Below are positions 1-11,517 of a DNA stretch of 64,000 nucleotides, in pieces. The notes beneath the pieces were generated by a model. The model saw only the letters and a program-made list of their open reading frames with translations, did no database searches and was not told the origin of the DNA. This DNA comes from Eimeria praecox (Eukaryota): assembly GCA_963920595.1 (NCBI GenBank), contig OY986949.1:744001-808000 (forward strand), written 5' to 3'. The position numbers were made by a program, and so were the translations under genes. The first letter of the stretch is position 1. Each line of letters begins with the position of its first letter.

Positions 1-68
1 TGCGAATGCAGGGAGGCAGAGCAGTTGAAAGGCGGTAACTGCGCTAGGCTGGCTGCGTTTTGCTTCAG

Positions 69-909
69 GATATCCAACTGTGTGGGTCTGAGAAACAGGA
101 GGTCATTTTTTGTATTAATTTCTCTCTGTACCGCGCTTAGCATCTCAATCCTTGTCAGCGCAATTCTTGCTGCGTTGGTACGATAGCCCAGATCACTTAA
201 CCAGCTCCCGTCCTTTGTCTTTTTGTACTTAGAGTTTGCACGTGCACAGTTGTTGGAATTTGGTTGTCATTTGAGAAAGACTACACGTATTTCAGCATGT
301 TAACGACCAGGCTGAACTTGAACGGGCGCAACTTCAGCTGGGTTTCAAGACCTTCTGGGAAATAATCACCACTCGTAAAGCCCTGTGAGCATACGTTTCT
401 TTCGATTCCTACTTTGCACTTCTCTCTCTTTGTGTTTTGAAGGGAGCCCTCGAGCTCTACTTGCTAACGCCATGTCATGGGTGGGTCGGTTGCCTGTTAG
501 TGGGTTTGCGTTGCTGTGCGTTTGATGAGTATTGTTCTGTTACGTTATTGTTAAAGCTGTGACGCATGGATAATGCACTTTGCAGGGGAGCGGAAGTTGC
601 GTTTTGCGGGCTGGCGAGCCTTCTCCTGCTAAATCTTGTCTGCTTCAACAGCTACCTGATCACCATGAATCTCACGACTGCTGAAGAATTCCATCGGCCC
701 TATGGAGAGGCAAACCCGTTTTCTGAGGGTGAGCAGCGTTAATAGGGAAGATGCCGAAACCCAAAAACCATTATGGCCATATTTGCGCACCAGTGCTTGC
801 AAACGTGGAGTGTTCGGGTTTCGCATGAGAGCGCCTGTGCGATTTGGCGTTTTTAGGGTGGAAGTTAAACTGCTATCATTTTTGGTGTTTGAAGACAGAG
901 CCATGGTGA
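69..909 (+). CDS. DHHC-family palmitoyltransferase, 3' exons (gene starts before the window)
   Basis: Phase-compatible GT-AG exons 69-177 (wISNCVGLRNRRSFFVLISL, end of the DHHC-CRD), 296-384, 586-728 (NLTTAEEF = TTxE motif; ANPFSEG) and 857-909 (WKLNCYHF, PaCCT-like). The final exon and stop are uncertain. Confidence 0.85.
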
Positions 910-2094
910 CTCGAACACAAGGCACACAGCAAGCTTGCAGCTTCCAGAGGCACCTAAAGCGGCATCTTATTTCCCGTGCACGAAGCCCGCGCTTGCACTG
1001 TAGATACCATGGACACATCGAAAGTTCACTCTGACCGCATTGAAGGTTTCATAGTGGGTGCTCTTGTAACCTGCAGTGCGATCAACTTCCGGACTTTCGT
1101 CAATGTATTCGCTGATGGAGCGCCGCCAGGGCCCGACAACCCACCACGATCACCGTCTATGCAATCATCCTCCTTTAACAGCACAGAATCTCCTCAGCAC
1201 CAGTCTACCGCTGAGAACGCTTAGAAATGTAGCATATATGCAACAGCTAACGTATCTGGAGGCAACATGTGACCTTTCTGACGTATCCCGTGAGTAAACA
1301 AGATGAGGAACTTCATGGCGAAGCATACATTAATCCACGTTGTTAATGCCCCAAACATGCTATTGCCACTGAAGAAATCCATGTTGGAGTGATATGCACG
1401 GTTAGCACCGGTGGTGGCAAATTCTAGAACTCATGCCCGAACAGGCTGGTATCGCACTGTTTATATTCGTTTTATTTTTATCGCATCCGGTCTCAGGCTG
1501 GTTGCCATTTAACCCTCACTACATTCTACAGTGCTTTTCTATTCGTCGGCTTACACTTTCCGGGACCCTTGGCAGGCGTTAGTGTTAACGAGTACTGCCT
1601 GCCTACAGTCTGTAGGCTTACACATCCTACATATGTCCCAGAGGTTTCTACGACCGCTTGCCTAAATCGTTTGCGGCAACAGCCAGGACTCTCCGGTGGT
1701 GATCTGGCGCCCTTGGGTCTCTGCAGCCACTACCTATCTAATGATGCAGGAGCGTAGGCGCTCTAAAAGTTTTTTCCGCTGTCACAATTGCTGTCAGAGC
1801 GACTCCTGTCGGGACCCCATTAGCCCAACACTGATTCCTCGTACGACGAACGCAGGGCAGTATAATGAAGGCCCCCTGACCTCCGCGTTCATCTCGCACG
1901 CTCTAATTCGCGTAGCAACGTCTGTTCATCGCGCCACTACACGACTCAACGCATGCTCTGAACCCTGCAGGAACCAAAATATTATCCAAATACCACTATT
2001 CTTCGTACTCAATACCGCATGAGCCCAATCACTGCTACAGCACACACAAGGACACAATGGGAACGATGCATTGCAGTTGCTTGTCCTAAAAACA

Positions 2095-2132
2095 CGTAAC
2101 ATTTACATAGTATCGTAACATTTACATAGTAT
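2095..2132. repeat. Perfect 19-bp tandem duplication (CGTAACATTTACATAGTAT x2)
   Basis: Directly visible at 2095-2113 and 2114-2132. Confidence 0.9.
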
Positions 2133-3420
2133 CATAAATTCATTTTTCGCAGCTCAGATATCTGGCCAGACTCGGTCCGCGCAGTGGTCATGCATCGCCT
2201 GCAATCCGCGGACTGCGGAAGCAGATGAGAGGCATACCCACAATAAACACTACCGTTCGATTGGCTTATATCATCTTCGCTGCAATAGAAGTATATTATT
2301 TGTTGCAGTCTTCAGGATTAAGAAGACTGAAGGCCTAGTCTACTTCCCCACTGCACGTGCCGCACCGGCGAGAGCCCGCGGGGTGCGGGGAGAGGAACAT
2401 GCAAGGGAAGGACGCAAGCCCCACTCGGTGGCCCCACAATGAAAGTTTGTGGGGCTTTGGGTAATAAATTGGTAGTATTTCCAAGGGAATTTTGGGAAGA
2501 ATAGTGTAGCAAGGGAATGGCAAGCTGAACTCGGCACAAGTAAGGAGGAATATGCAGTGTTCAGTACAGTTCCCCAGCAGGATCGTCTTGGGACCACACG
2601 ACAGCTCGAACGTAGGTGGAAATTACCGTTATTTCTGCCTTTTTTTCAAAAAGGATAAGTATCAAAGAGTTTTAACTCATTGGACCACTACGATATCGGC
2701 ATTCGCATCCATGAGGCGTAGCTGTGGCTTGCTTTGTACCGGGGACTGAAATTTGTCCTCTCCCTTTAGATTTACCCGCAGTCCCTCTACGGTCGGATTG
2801 GGCTGATCTATTAAGTGGTCGTTACTCCCCATTTATGTGCGTGTAATCCAAATGCCTAAGCACTTCAAAGTTTCTTGCTTCCGCTCATCATGGAAACAGA
2901 CGCGGGGGGCGTCTCTGTTTTCCTCGATGTTTATGGCAGGCTGGAGTTTAAGTAGGGTAAGCACATCACAGGTGAAACATAAAGTCGAGGACCTTCAAGG
3001 AACGCCACAGACACTTATAAGAAGTTCCCCAGCAGGAACTGTCGAGTACTTGAGTAGATTCCTCTAGCGTTGCCATTGCCTGCCGTTTGAGTTTCCTACT
3101 TTTGCTCCGAGTTTTCTTCGTTCTCGGTTCGTAACTCTATTCCTCTGCTACGAACGAAGCCAGATCTTCTGCACTAGCGTACTGTTTGTTAGCATCGTTT
3201 GCCTACTGGCTTTCGTATCACACGCTGTTGGCGCACGGGGCTGAGTGTGCAGAGGCCTCGACTCGCAGCACGCAGCGCTAATGACAGTCAGATCACTTCT
3301 AGTAGCTTTGGAATTATGCTCTACTAGTGTCCGAGAGGTCGAGTATGTGGGTCGGTTTTAACCCCCAACACGCCAAGTGCGCATTTCAGGTTCCTGTTAT
3401 TTGCGTTTCTGTTTTATTCG

Positions 3421-6388
3421 TTATTTTTCCTTCTGAGCCGCATCTGTATGGGTGTTGAACACACTCCGCAAAAGAGTGCAGAGTTGCAACGGTTTGTTCG
3501 GCTGTTTATTGGGCTTCTTCTGGGTGCAGCGCGGCTTGGCTGGAGGGAGGGTGCACACAGCCCGTGTGCGTTCGTTATTTTCGATGAATCTGCCTGTGCC
3601 GCTATCTGCTTTTTCTGGCATGTCCTTGGGGGTACCTGAAGGCTCGCAAGTAAAGCGGAATCCCGCCTGTGCTCTATCGATTGAAAGCTCCGAAGTTAGC
3701 TGCATTCTCGAATGGTACAGTGTGGTTACTTCCAACTCACCGCTTAGCTGCCGACGTGCGCTTGCGTTTTTGAGTGTGGGTTTCGATAGCTCCAGCGAAA
3801 TGGGTTGCTTGCTGCGCGCTGATGGCAGCCACAGTCCCACCTGTGTTGTTGAATCAGCTGGCGAACTTGAAACATAAATAAAATTCAACCAACCTGTGCG
3901 ACACGAGTACAGTAGCGGGTTGTACAACTCCAGAATAGCCAGTGGCTCGAGGGCTGCTCGTGCAGCTTCGTAGGGCGTGCCAGCTTGTATCTCCATCGAA
4001 CAGGGCTGACTGGGGGATGGGTATACGAAGTATTCGCGAGGGAGCAAACCCTAAGCGCTCTAAGATGATGGACTGTAAGTATTCTACGCCCGCCGAAATA
4101 ATGCTACCTGAATGAGAAGCTCAGCGGGCGTCGACCCTGCTTGCGGATGCGCTACAAACAAGTGGCGAATGCCTAGTGTCTCCGGCCTGCACGGATTAAG
4201 TGTTTTGCACACTGAACGAGTGCTCATGCAGATGAGTCGGACAAGCTTTCGAACGTCTGGGGGTCGAGTGGAGCTCTAAGAATAAGCACTTCTGCCTGAA
4301 ATGCGAATACAATTTAGCGTTTCGTGCTGGTGAATTGATGTGTAGGTGGCCATGCCTTTTTGTCAAGTGCATCTGCTAAAGCCGAAACTGAAGTCTGTTC
4401 TGAATCAATTTCCTCCAGGCCGTCGCGAACTAGCATGGATACTCCCCAGATCTGATTTTGGCGCGTTTCCACCAACGTTGACAGTTGATTCTAGCAGTGT
4501 CAAAGGGCACGCGTTGCAAAGCTTACCGCTTGTTGCGGTATGGCTCCCCACGGAGCCCGAGAGCGAACGTCAAAAGTGATATAGGACGAAGGGCGAGGAT
4601 GCGGTGTCTCGCGAACGGACAGTCTTGTCAAGAGCCCAGTTGCAAGAGTCTATGAGGTTCTATTAGCATGAGACCAACGAGCGGCAAGTGGCGGCAATGA
4701 GCTCACAAAACCCTTGATGCTTAGCTTGACTCGTTCTTGCGTGGTGAAGAGCGCACGGAAGAGCTGTAAGAATTCCGTTTGCAACAGAGCCACTTGCTTC
4801 ACAGTCCCACAGATGAATATATTCGCCAACATCTGCAGAGACTATCCTCCAGATTTCCTAGTCAGAAAGCATTTCGACTTTACCTCAACAATGGAGGAAC
4901 AGGAGTTTACTGGACGACCAGAGAGCGGTGAAGTTACTGGGGAAAGGCGGTCCCGTTTCAGGGATGCGGCAGCTGATTTTGTTTTGTAATCGTTTTACCT
5001 TCAACGCATTCAATGCTCAAAAGGTCGAAAGAGAAACCCCCTGTGCCAATTTGGCTCCTTGACGCCAAACCCTGTAGTGAGCTGAAGGCGGCCAACCACC
5101 GCGTGAGATCAGAAGAAATAAGGACAAGCTTTGTAGCCATTTTGGGTGCAGTCATAAACCACTCTGTGGGACAGGCACATCATGAGGCAGGCCCTAAAGC
5201 TGTTTTGCTGCAAAGTGCCACCTATGAAACTTGTCAAGAATGCAGCATCGCCGCCCCCTCTGTTCTTTGTTCGGTCGCTGTCCGACGGCAAGCTTGTAGT
5301 AATCAGCTGAGGCAGTACGCCGCGGAGAGTATCAAGAGTGTAGGCGTCCTCAAACGATATCCAGACCTTGAAGCCCGTCTCAACTGAGGAACGCATGAAT
5401 GAAGCAGTTCAAGACGAGAGGCGGATCATCAAACGCACAAACAGTCGAAACTGAAACTTGAGGACAGCGCGTAGATCCAAATACAGCAATGTCCTGAGCA
5501 AAGCCAGCTATTCAAAATGCCCTTCGAATGCTTGAAAAACTTATTACCTCGAGTGCTGCGCACCAGTATTGCAACAATTTTGTACTCAAGTGGCCATCAG
5601 CTTCCCCTGCCACCTTCCGGCAATCGAGCGATAGTGCCACTCTCATCGTTAGCAGAGGCTCACTAAGTGGAAAAAAGCCCTTTTGATTGCAATCTGGTAC
5701 TAAGTTTCCCTTCATGAAGGCTACAACTCTTGCTCGCGCACCACAAGTGGCCACTTCGATCCCATTCCCCAAGGTTGTCTGTACACTTCGGACCCAACAG
5801 CAGTTCAACCAACAAACAAAAAACTAGCATACTGCTAAACGCCAAGCCAATTTATCCGAAAAATTCTTACTACCCAATTTGCTTGTGTCGATGAGGCAAG
5901 CAATCTTATGTGTTACCAGCTTGAATCTAGACCAGCGTGCGGGAGTGCCGAAAAGTGTTCCCACGGCCGCGAACTTGGCTGTAGGAAGGCTTCTCCACAT
6001 TTTCCGTATTGCCTGGTTTCCCTACTGTGCTTATTAGGACTTAAGGGGCCTGATAAGCTCTGGAGTTCGAGGCGCAGGACAAAAGTGTCTGAATCGAAAC
6101 GCCAATTGCTCACGCAGTCAATTGCAAGTGAAAATACAGTAGCACTTCGGTATGCGTGACAGAGAGTCAATTCTAAACTTCGCAGATACACAGACACCTA
6201 CTGCAGACGTTTCTGGTTAGAAAGCCCTTGCCAAAAAGGCTCCCAAATGCGTTTCGGCGTAGGCGTGTTTCTAAAGAAAGGGCTGTGTTCCACACGAAGT
6301 GCAACCGGAGAGCTAACCGGTAAGGTGCGCGAACGAGTGAAGAGGAGCTTGAATGCTCCTTACGCAATGCGGAGACAGCATTAGCCAA
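3421..6388 (-). CDS. Possible multi-exon hypothetical protein
   Basis: A run of same-strand ORFs (3421-4047, 4650-4832, 4958-5155, 5109-5396, 5512-5808, 5913-6197, 6173-6388). No recognisable motif, and the exon structure was not resolved. Confidence 0.25.
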
Positions 6389-6530
6389 ACGCGCAGGGGA
6401 TCTTTTTGGTATTATTGGGGAAAAGCTTTGAGCAAGAGCACTCTATAGCTCCGATAACCTGAGCTTCTCTGGTTCGCTGTCGCGGTTTCATGTAGAGTCC
6501 TCCACGTGGGCCCACACCGAATGCCGTCTG

Positions 6531-9500
6531 CTAGGGCGAAGCGTAGGGTGCTGAGGTAGCCCAAGTCACGATGGACAGACCGTCGCCCACCGGCAGCAAC
6601 ACCTGCACTCCAAGAGACATTTCAGCCTTCCACAGTCGTGCAGACAGCAGCTTTCCCGCAAAGGCAGTTTGCAAGTCGTGGAGAAGCGCATTCGCATGCA
6701 GGCACACAATGACTTGAGAAGACTGAGTGGACGCTATATGAGAGGCAACTCCAACCCTTAACCAAACACTACTTACGTGAGATATACGCCGGTCCTTGCG
6801 CAAAGCCTGTCGCAGTGCCTTAAGCGATTCCGCAATCTTTGCGTATCTTTTGGACCGAGGGGTATCTTCTGTGGCTCCGTCCTCCCACCACGAGATTCTT
6901 TTTCCATCCTGTCCCCTGCCCCATAGGGTATTATCTATTAAAAGGGTCCCATCAGGCGCAAGTAAGGGTCTCTCTGGGTCTAAGATGCATGCGACATACT
7001 CGGCATACTTCTTCTTTTCAGCATCAAGATATATCAGGTCAAACCCTCCATCAGGGAACATGCCGTTTTGCAGAGAAGCATCACTCAATCTGGTCCTTTC
7101 TGATGCCCCTTGCTCGGACAAAGCACTCCTTGCCGCTGTGGGCTGCGCCCCGAGCCACTGCAAGGCGTCAGCCTCCACCACCGTAATCAAATGGCCCCAA
7201 GGGGATGAACTGATGAGGCGACGTGCTGCAGCTGCTGCTCTTGGGTCCTTCTCAATAGCAACAAGGCCGACGCACGCACCGGGGACCCTTTCACGGCATG
7301 CCAGGCCCTCAGCTAAGGCAAGTGCTGCAGGAATCAGGCAGGCAAACAATGCATTGGCAGTGAAGATACATCGCCACGCCATACAAATCTGAGTAGAGGA
7401 AGACGTATGTACATGCTCAATCAAGCAGTGTAGCCACGTTTTAAAATGAAAAGGCCGCTTTAAGGCTACTGGGATGCAGGATGCAAGCAGCAAATATGCT
7501 ACACGAGGGTAACTGCAAAAACGTAAGGACCGTTTCGCTCGAGGTAACATCTAATAAGCCCCACAGGAGATGCCGACGAAGGCCCCAATCTCAAGGATTG
7601 AGTTTGGCCTCTTTAGTCTGCTGATGGCAGAGAGAATGCGCGAGTGCAGGTACCCCGACCAGAACTGGGGGACCCACTTCGCCGCCCCAACAAGGCTCTT
7701 TGCCGTGTTGCGTCCTTCTTCCAAGAGGGCTTCTTGCAGTACAGAGGGGGAGGTCGCAGCAGCCGCCACGTGATGTGCCCATTTCCATAAGTCCTGGGGG
7801 CTGGTTTCCTCAGCAGCCGCACGGCCTTCCTGCTGCAAGACCTTCCCCGCCTCCGAGTCTTCCACAGAAGGCAAGTGGCCTGCACACGCATAGCAGCCTC
7901 CACAATGCAATACACTCAGCCCCTCTACACCTGCAAGTCAGTGAAGTAGTTCAATACGACGCAGTGAAGGGATGCGCCTGTTACGCTTCCCATACACTAC
8001 ATCCAAGGGAAGTGGGCACGTTACCAGCTGGTGATTCAAACGCAGCGTTGTGTTTGAGAGCAGCCAGAAGCTGCTGAGCCCTGATTGCCCACAGTCCCCT
8101 TTGCTGCAGCAGCCTCTTGTGTGTATGTCGGGCCTGCATGCGCCTCTGGATCTGTGCGTGTCTGTCTCTCTCACTGTCCGCTGCCCCATGCTGCGCACAA
8201 GCAGGTGAACAGTAGACCCCGAGGGAAGCGCAGCACGAGGAGCAAAGCACGACACGTCTCCCGCACTGCCTATTGCTGCAGTTTGATAGACGCCCTGAGG
8301 GCCCCCCACAATGAATGCATTGTGCAAGGAGGTCTGGTGTGATCTGCTGGCACATCCGATGGTCGAACACATAGTTGCTCCCCAGAAACAAGCTGCTATG
8401 CGTACACGCGTCCATTTTCCCCGGTTCAGCCTTATCTGCATCTGTCTGTGGCTGGCTTGCCGCAGCGGCTGTGTCGCATCTGGCTCCTTCTTCTCTTGAG
8501 ACGCCGGTAGGCAGCATCGTTTTCTCCGCCGCCAAGGAGGAGCATCCTGAGTCATGGCATGACCCTTTGAGGCTGTGAATGTAGTTTTTGTACGCCAGGA
8601 TACCTCCCTTCAGGCGCGTGACTCGCGGGAAGCCAAGGACTTGCTTGAGGAACGCCCCCGCCTTGACACAGCGGATGCCGCCAGTGCAGTACATTAGGAC
8701 CTCTACATCCTCTCCGCTACCGGTGCTGCTGGATGAAGAGGGCCCGGCATTCCGGGAGGGAAGCTGCACCCCCGCTTGTAGGAGAGCCTCCTCTAGGGGG
8801 CCTCCAGGGGTAAATGAGGCTGCGAACGTTGGGGTGTCTATGCACTTGGCACCCTTGAAGTGGCCTACTGCATACTCACTCGCGTTTCGCATATCCAGGA
8901 GCACTGTTTTCCTTACAGGATATTGTTTCTGCTGTTGCTGCTGTAGCATGTCAGTCAGCTTGTGATGCCATACACTGGGACTCACCTCCTCCCCGCAGTT
9001 TGCCCAATCTAAGGGGGCGGCAAAGCCGTCCCTTAGCACCTGATGCCGTGGCCGGATATGAAGGGCATCGAAAGGTGGAGACCTCCAGTACTCTTCAAAG
9101 GTGACAAGGCAATCGAGGGTCACCTGCAAACCGTCTTCCAGCCCGGGGATCTGTTGCAACTCCCCAAGTAGATCAGACATCGCGATAGACGGCACAGCTA
9201 GTTGGGCGTTGAGCCCCTCCTCTGCCACATAAGCCCTCCCCAGCACACCTTTTGGGCCCCATAGGGCCCTCAGCAGCTCAGCCAGTGCCTTAGGCGATCT
9301 GAAGGGGAAAAATTTGTATAGGGACACCATCTGGTAAGGCGACGCGGTCGTCAAGGTGATGCGTTCGCGGACCGCCGGGATCTTCGAAGCGCCTAAGGGC
9401 GGGGGACTCGCGAAGTCCTGCGCGGTAGTGGAAAACGGAACCGAGGGCAATGGTGGCTCCAGCTGCAAATGTATTGACAACTTAGGTCCCCTAGGGAGAC

Positions 9501-10557
9501 GCAAAATGCGCAGAGTAGCCTCCCTCTTCAAACCATTCTGCCTTCTGACGCGGTCGCTAGCAATGTTGCTGGGGGGCACGCATGATGGGCAATGGGGTAG
9601 GCAGCGGTACTGGGTAAGCAAAGGGCCGTAATGCTCCCGGAGTGTCCTTAGGGCTTCTTCCTCAGACTCCAACGGAAGCAGCTCAGGTACAGGCCCTCCC
9701 TCAGAATCTAAACCACCGTTGGTGTGGAGCTGTCTACCAAGCTGGCTATCCGCTGGGCTGTCTGGTTGCAGTGCAGATCGGCATTTCGTCTTGGGCGCAG
9801 ACACCTGGGCCACAAGCTGCAAAGGTAAGCCCCCGCAGAAGTCCTCTTTCAGTTTAAGAGCCTTAAAAACGGCTTTTCTTAAAGATTCCAACAGGGACGG
9901 TGGAGGCGAGTCGGCTGCAGCTCGGGATGGCAAGGCGGTGTCCTGAGCTTGCAGGGTACCCGCCTGAGCGGCTGCCCCCTTAGAGACGTGCTTCACTCTA
10001 GGATCCTGAAAGGGCCCCAAGAGGCACAGAGGCAGGAAAATATGCCGCTTCTGAGAGCCTCGGAAAAGCCCCAAAGCCCGTCTCGTCTCTTGTGCTATTC
10101 CCACTTCGACAGGAACGACCTCAATCACAAAAGGTGATGCGTCTGTTGCTGGGGCTACAGTTGCAACAACAGGGGCCACCGATAGCTCGGATTCTGCTCC
10201 TTCTGCTCCTGCAAAGTCCAACGGCAACGTATGATAGGCATCTTCTTGGAACACCGAGACTCCGATGCTCCTCTCCCCGCCAACAACCACTGGGGAACTC
10301 TCATCGCTAGCCTGTAGCCAAACACATCTGGGGCATTCAAAGCCCGCAGCTTCGCCGCTTGTGCTGCTGTTGCTGCTGTTGCCGTTTGCACTGGTGGTGC
10401 TACTGAATGCTCTGTGCTGCGCAGACGGGCGCTCGTGGGGACTGGCTTGTGGTAAAAGGGATGGTGACCTTGTAGGCCTGAGAAATCCCCCAGTACGGCT
10501 AAGCTCATTGTGGAGCAGCAACAGCACCAGTAGTAGGCGCACGGGGGTGCTCGGCAT
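6531..10557 (-). CDS. TrhO/UPF0176 rhodanese-family tRNA U34 hydroxylase fused to a C-terminal COMT/CCoAOMT-type (TrmR-like) O-methyltransferase; signal peptide, probably apicoplast-targeted
   Basis: Exons 10557-8025, 7879-7565, 7324-6777 and 6602-6531, all GT-AG and phase-matched. TrhO motifs: SLYKF, GRAYVAEEGLNAQ, LDMRNASEYAVGHFKGA, MYCTGGIRCVKA, LKGGILAY, NYVFDHR and a C-terminal Cys cluster. OMT motifs: ILEIGAFVGISSLALAEGL, AIEKDP, FDLIYLDAEK, GTLLIDNTLWGRG, LLPVGDGL. N-terminus MPSTPVRLLLVLLLL. Confidence 0.85.
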
Positions 10558-11517
10558 TGGCTGCAGCACAGTGAAAATTCAGCTTATGGCCGAACTTGCC
10601 GGTGCTGGAGTTTGCCTGTTCACTGCAGATGACATAATGGCTATGGTTGCGCCCTCTGGTGTTGTTGCTGCTGCTGTTCCAATTTTCCATGTCTCTGCTG
10701 TTGCTGTCCTTCGGCTAACAACTGCCGCCTGGCCTGACAGTCTACTGTCCCCGTTCCTGAAACAAGGCTTTGTATGGAAAGTAGCTCCATGTGTTTATAA
10801 TACCCGCATCCCGACAACTTCTCCACAGCAAAGCAGGAGTAGATGCCTGTCTGTCTTGCAAGCACTAGCCCGCATTGGGAACCCCCGGGCCCCTCAGGGC
10901 CCCTGGGTTTCAGCAAGGGGGTCCGGGGCCCCTGAGCAAACTTACGGAGATCCCGCGCTGTCTTACATGCCCGAGTGTCATCGAAAAGCTTCTTTTTGGA
11001 AAACACAAAGGCAAACTCTTTCCCAGTCCTATATCCGTATCTGTACCAGCACCTTGAAGTTGTGTGGCTGCGGGCATTGCGGGTCAGGCCGAGCCTCACA
11101 ACTCCTGTGAACCACCCTTTCTGCAGAGGCATCGTTTCCCCGTAATTAATCCATTGTATACCCACAAAGATGCTTTAAGCCCTCGATTTTCTTACAAATG
11201 TGGCGGCGGCAGGCCGCGAACAGCAACTGAACCCTGGATTGCCGCTGCAGGCATTTGGGTGACCACGGGACGGAGCAGCAAAACTGCAGAGCAGGCTCAG
11301 CCAGTCCACAAAGCAGAATAGCGACACCGTGAAGGCAAATGACAGCAGCAGAGGCTCTGTTGGAATGGGCAGAGCGAACGGCTGCAGCACTGACTGTCAG
11401 CGCTGCATCTCAACATCGACGACAGAATACACTTCGATTTAGACTAGCCCTTCTTGCCCTACCGATGCTTATCTTTTCAAACCCAAGGTCTATGTTGCAT
11501 ACTATTCAGGCTCTGTA

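Noticed and set aside
10265..11110. 281-aa + strand ORF
   Set aside because: Antisense to the TrhO N-terminus and its upstream region; no motifs.
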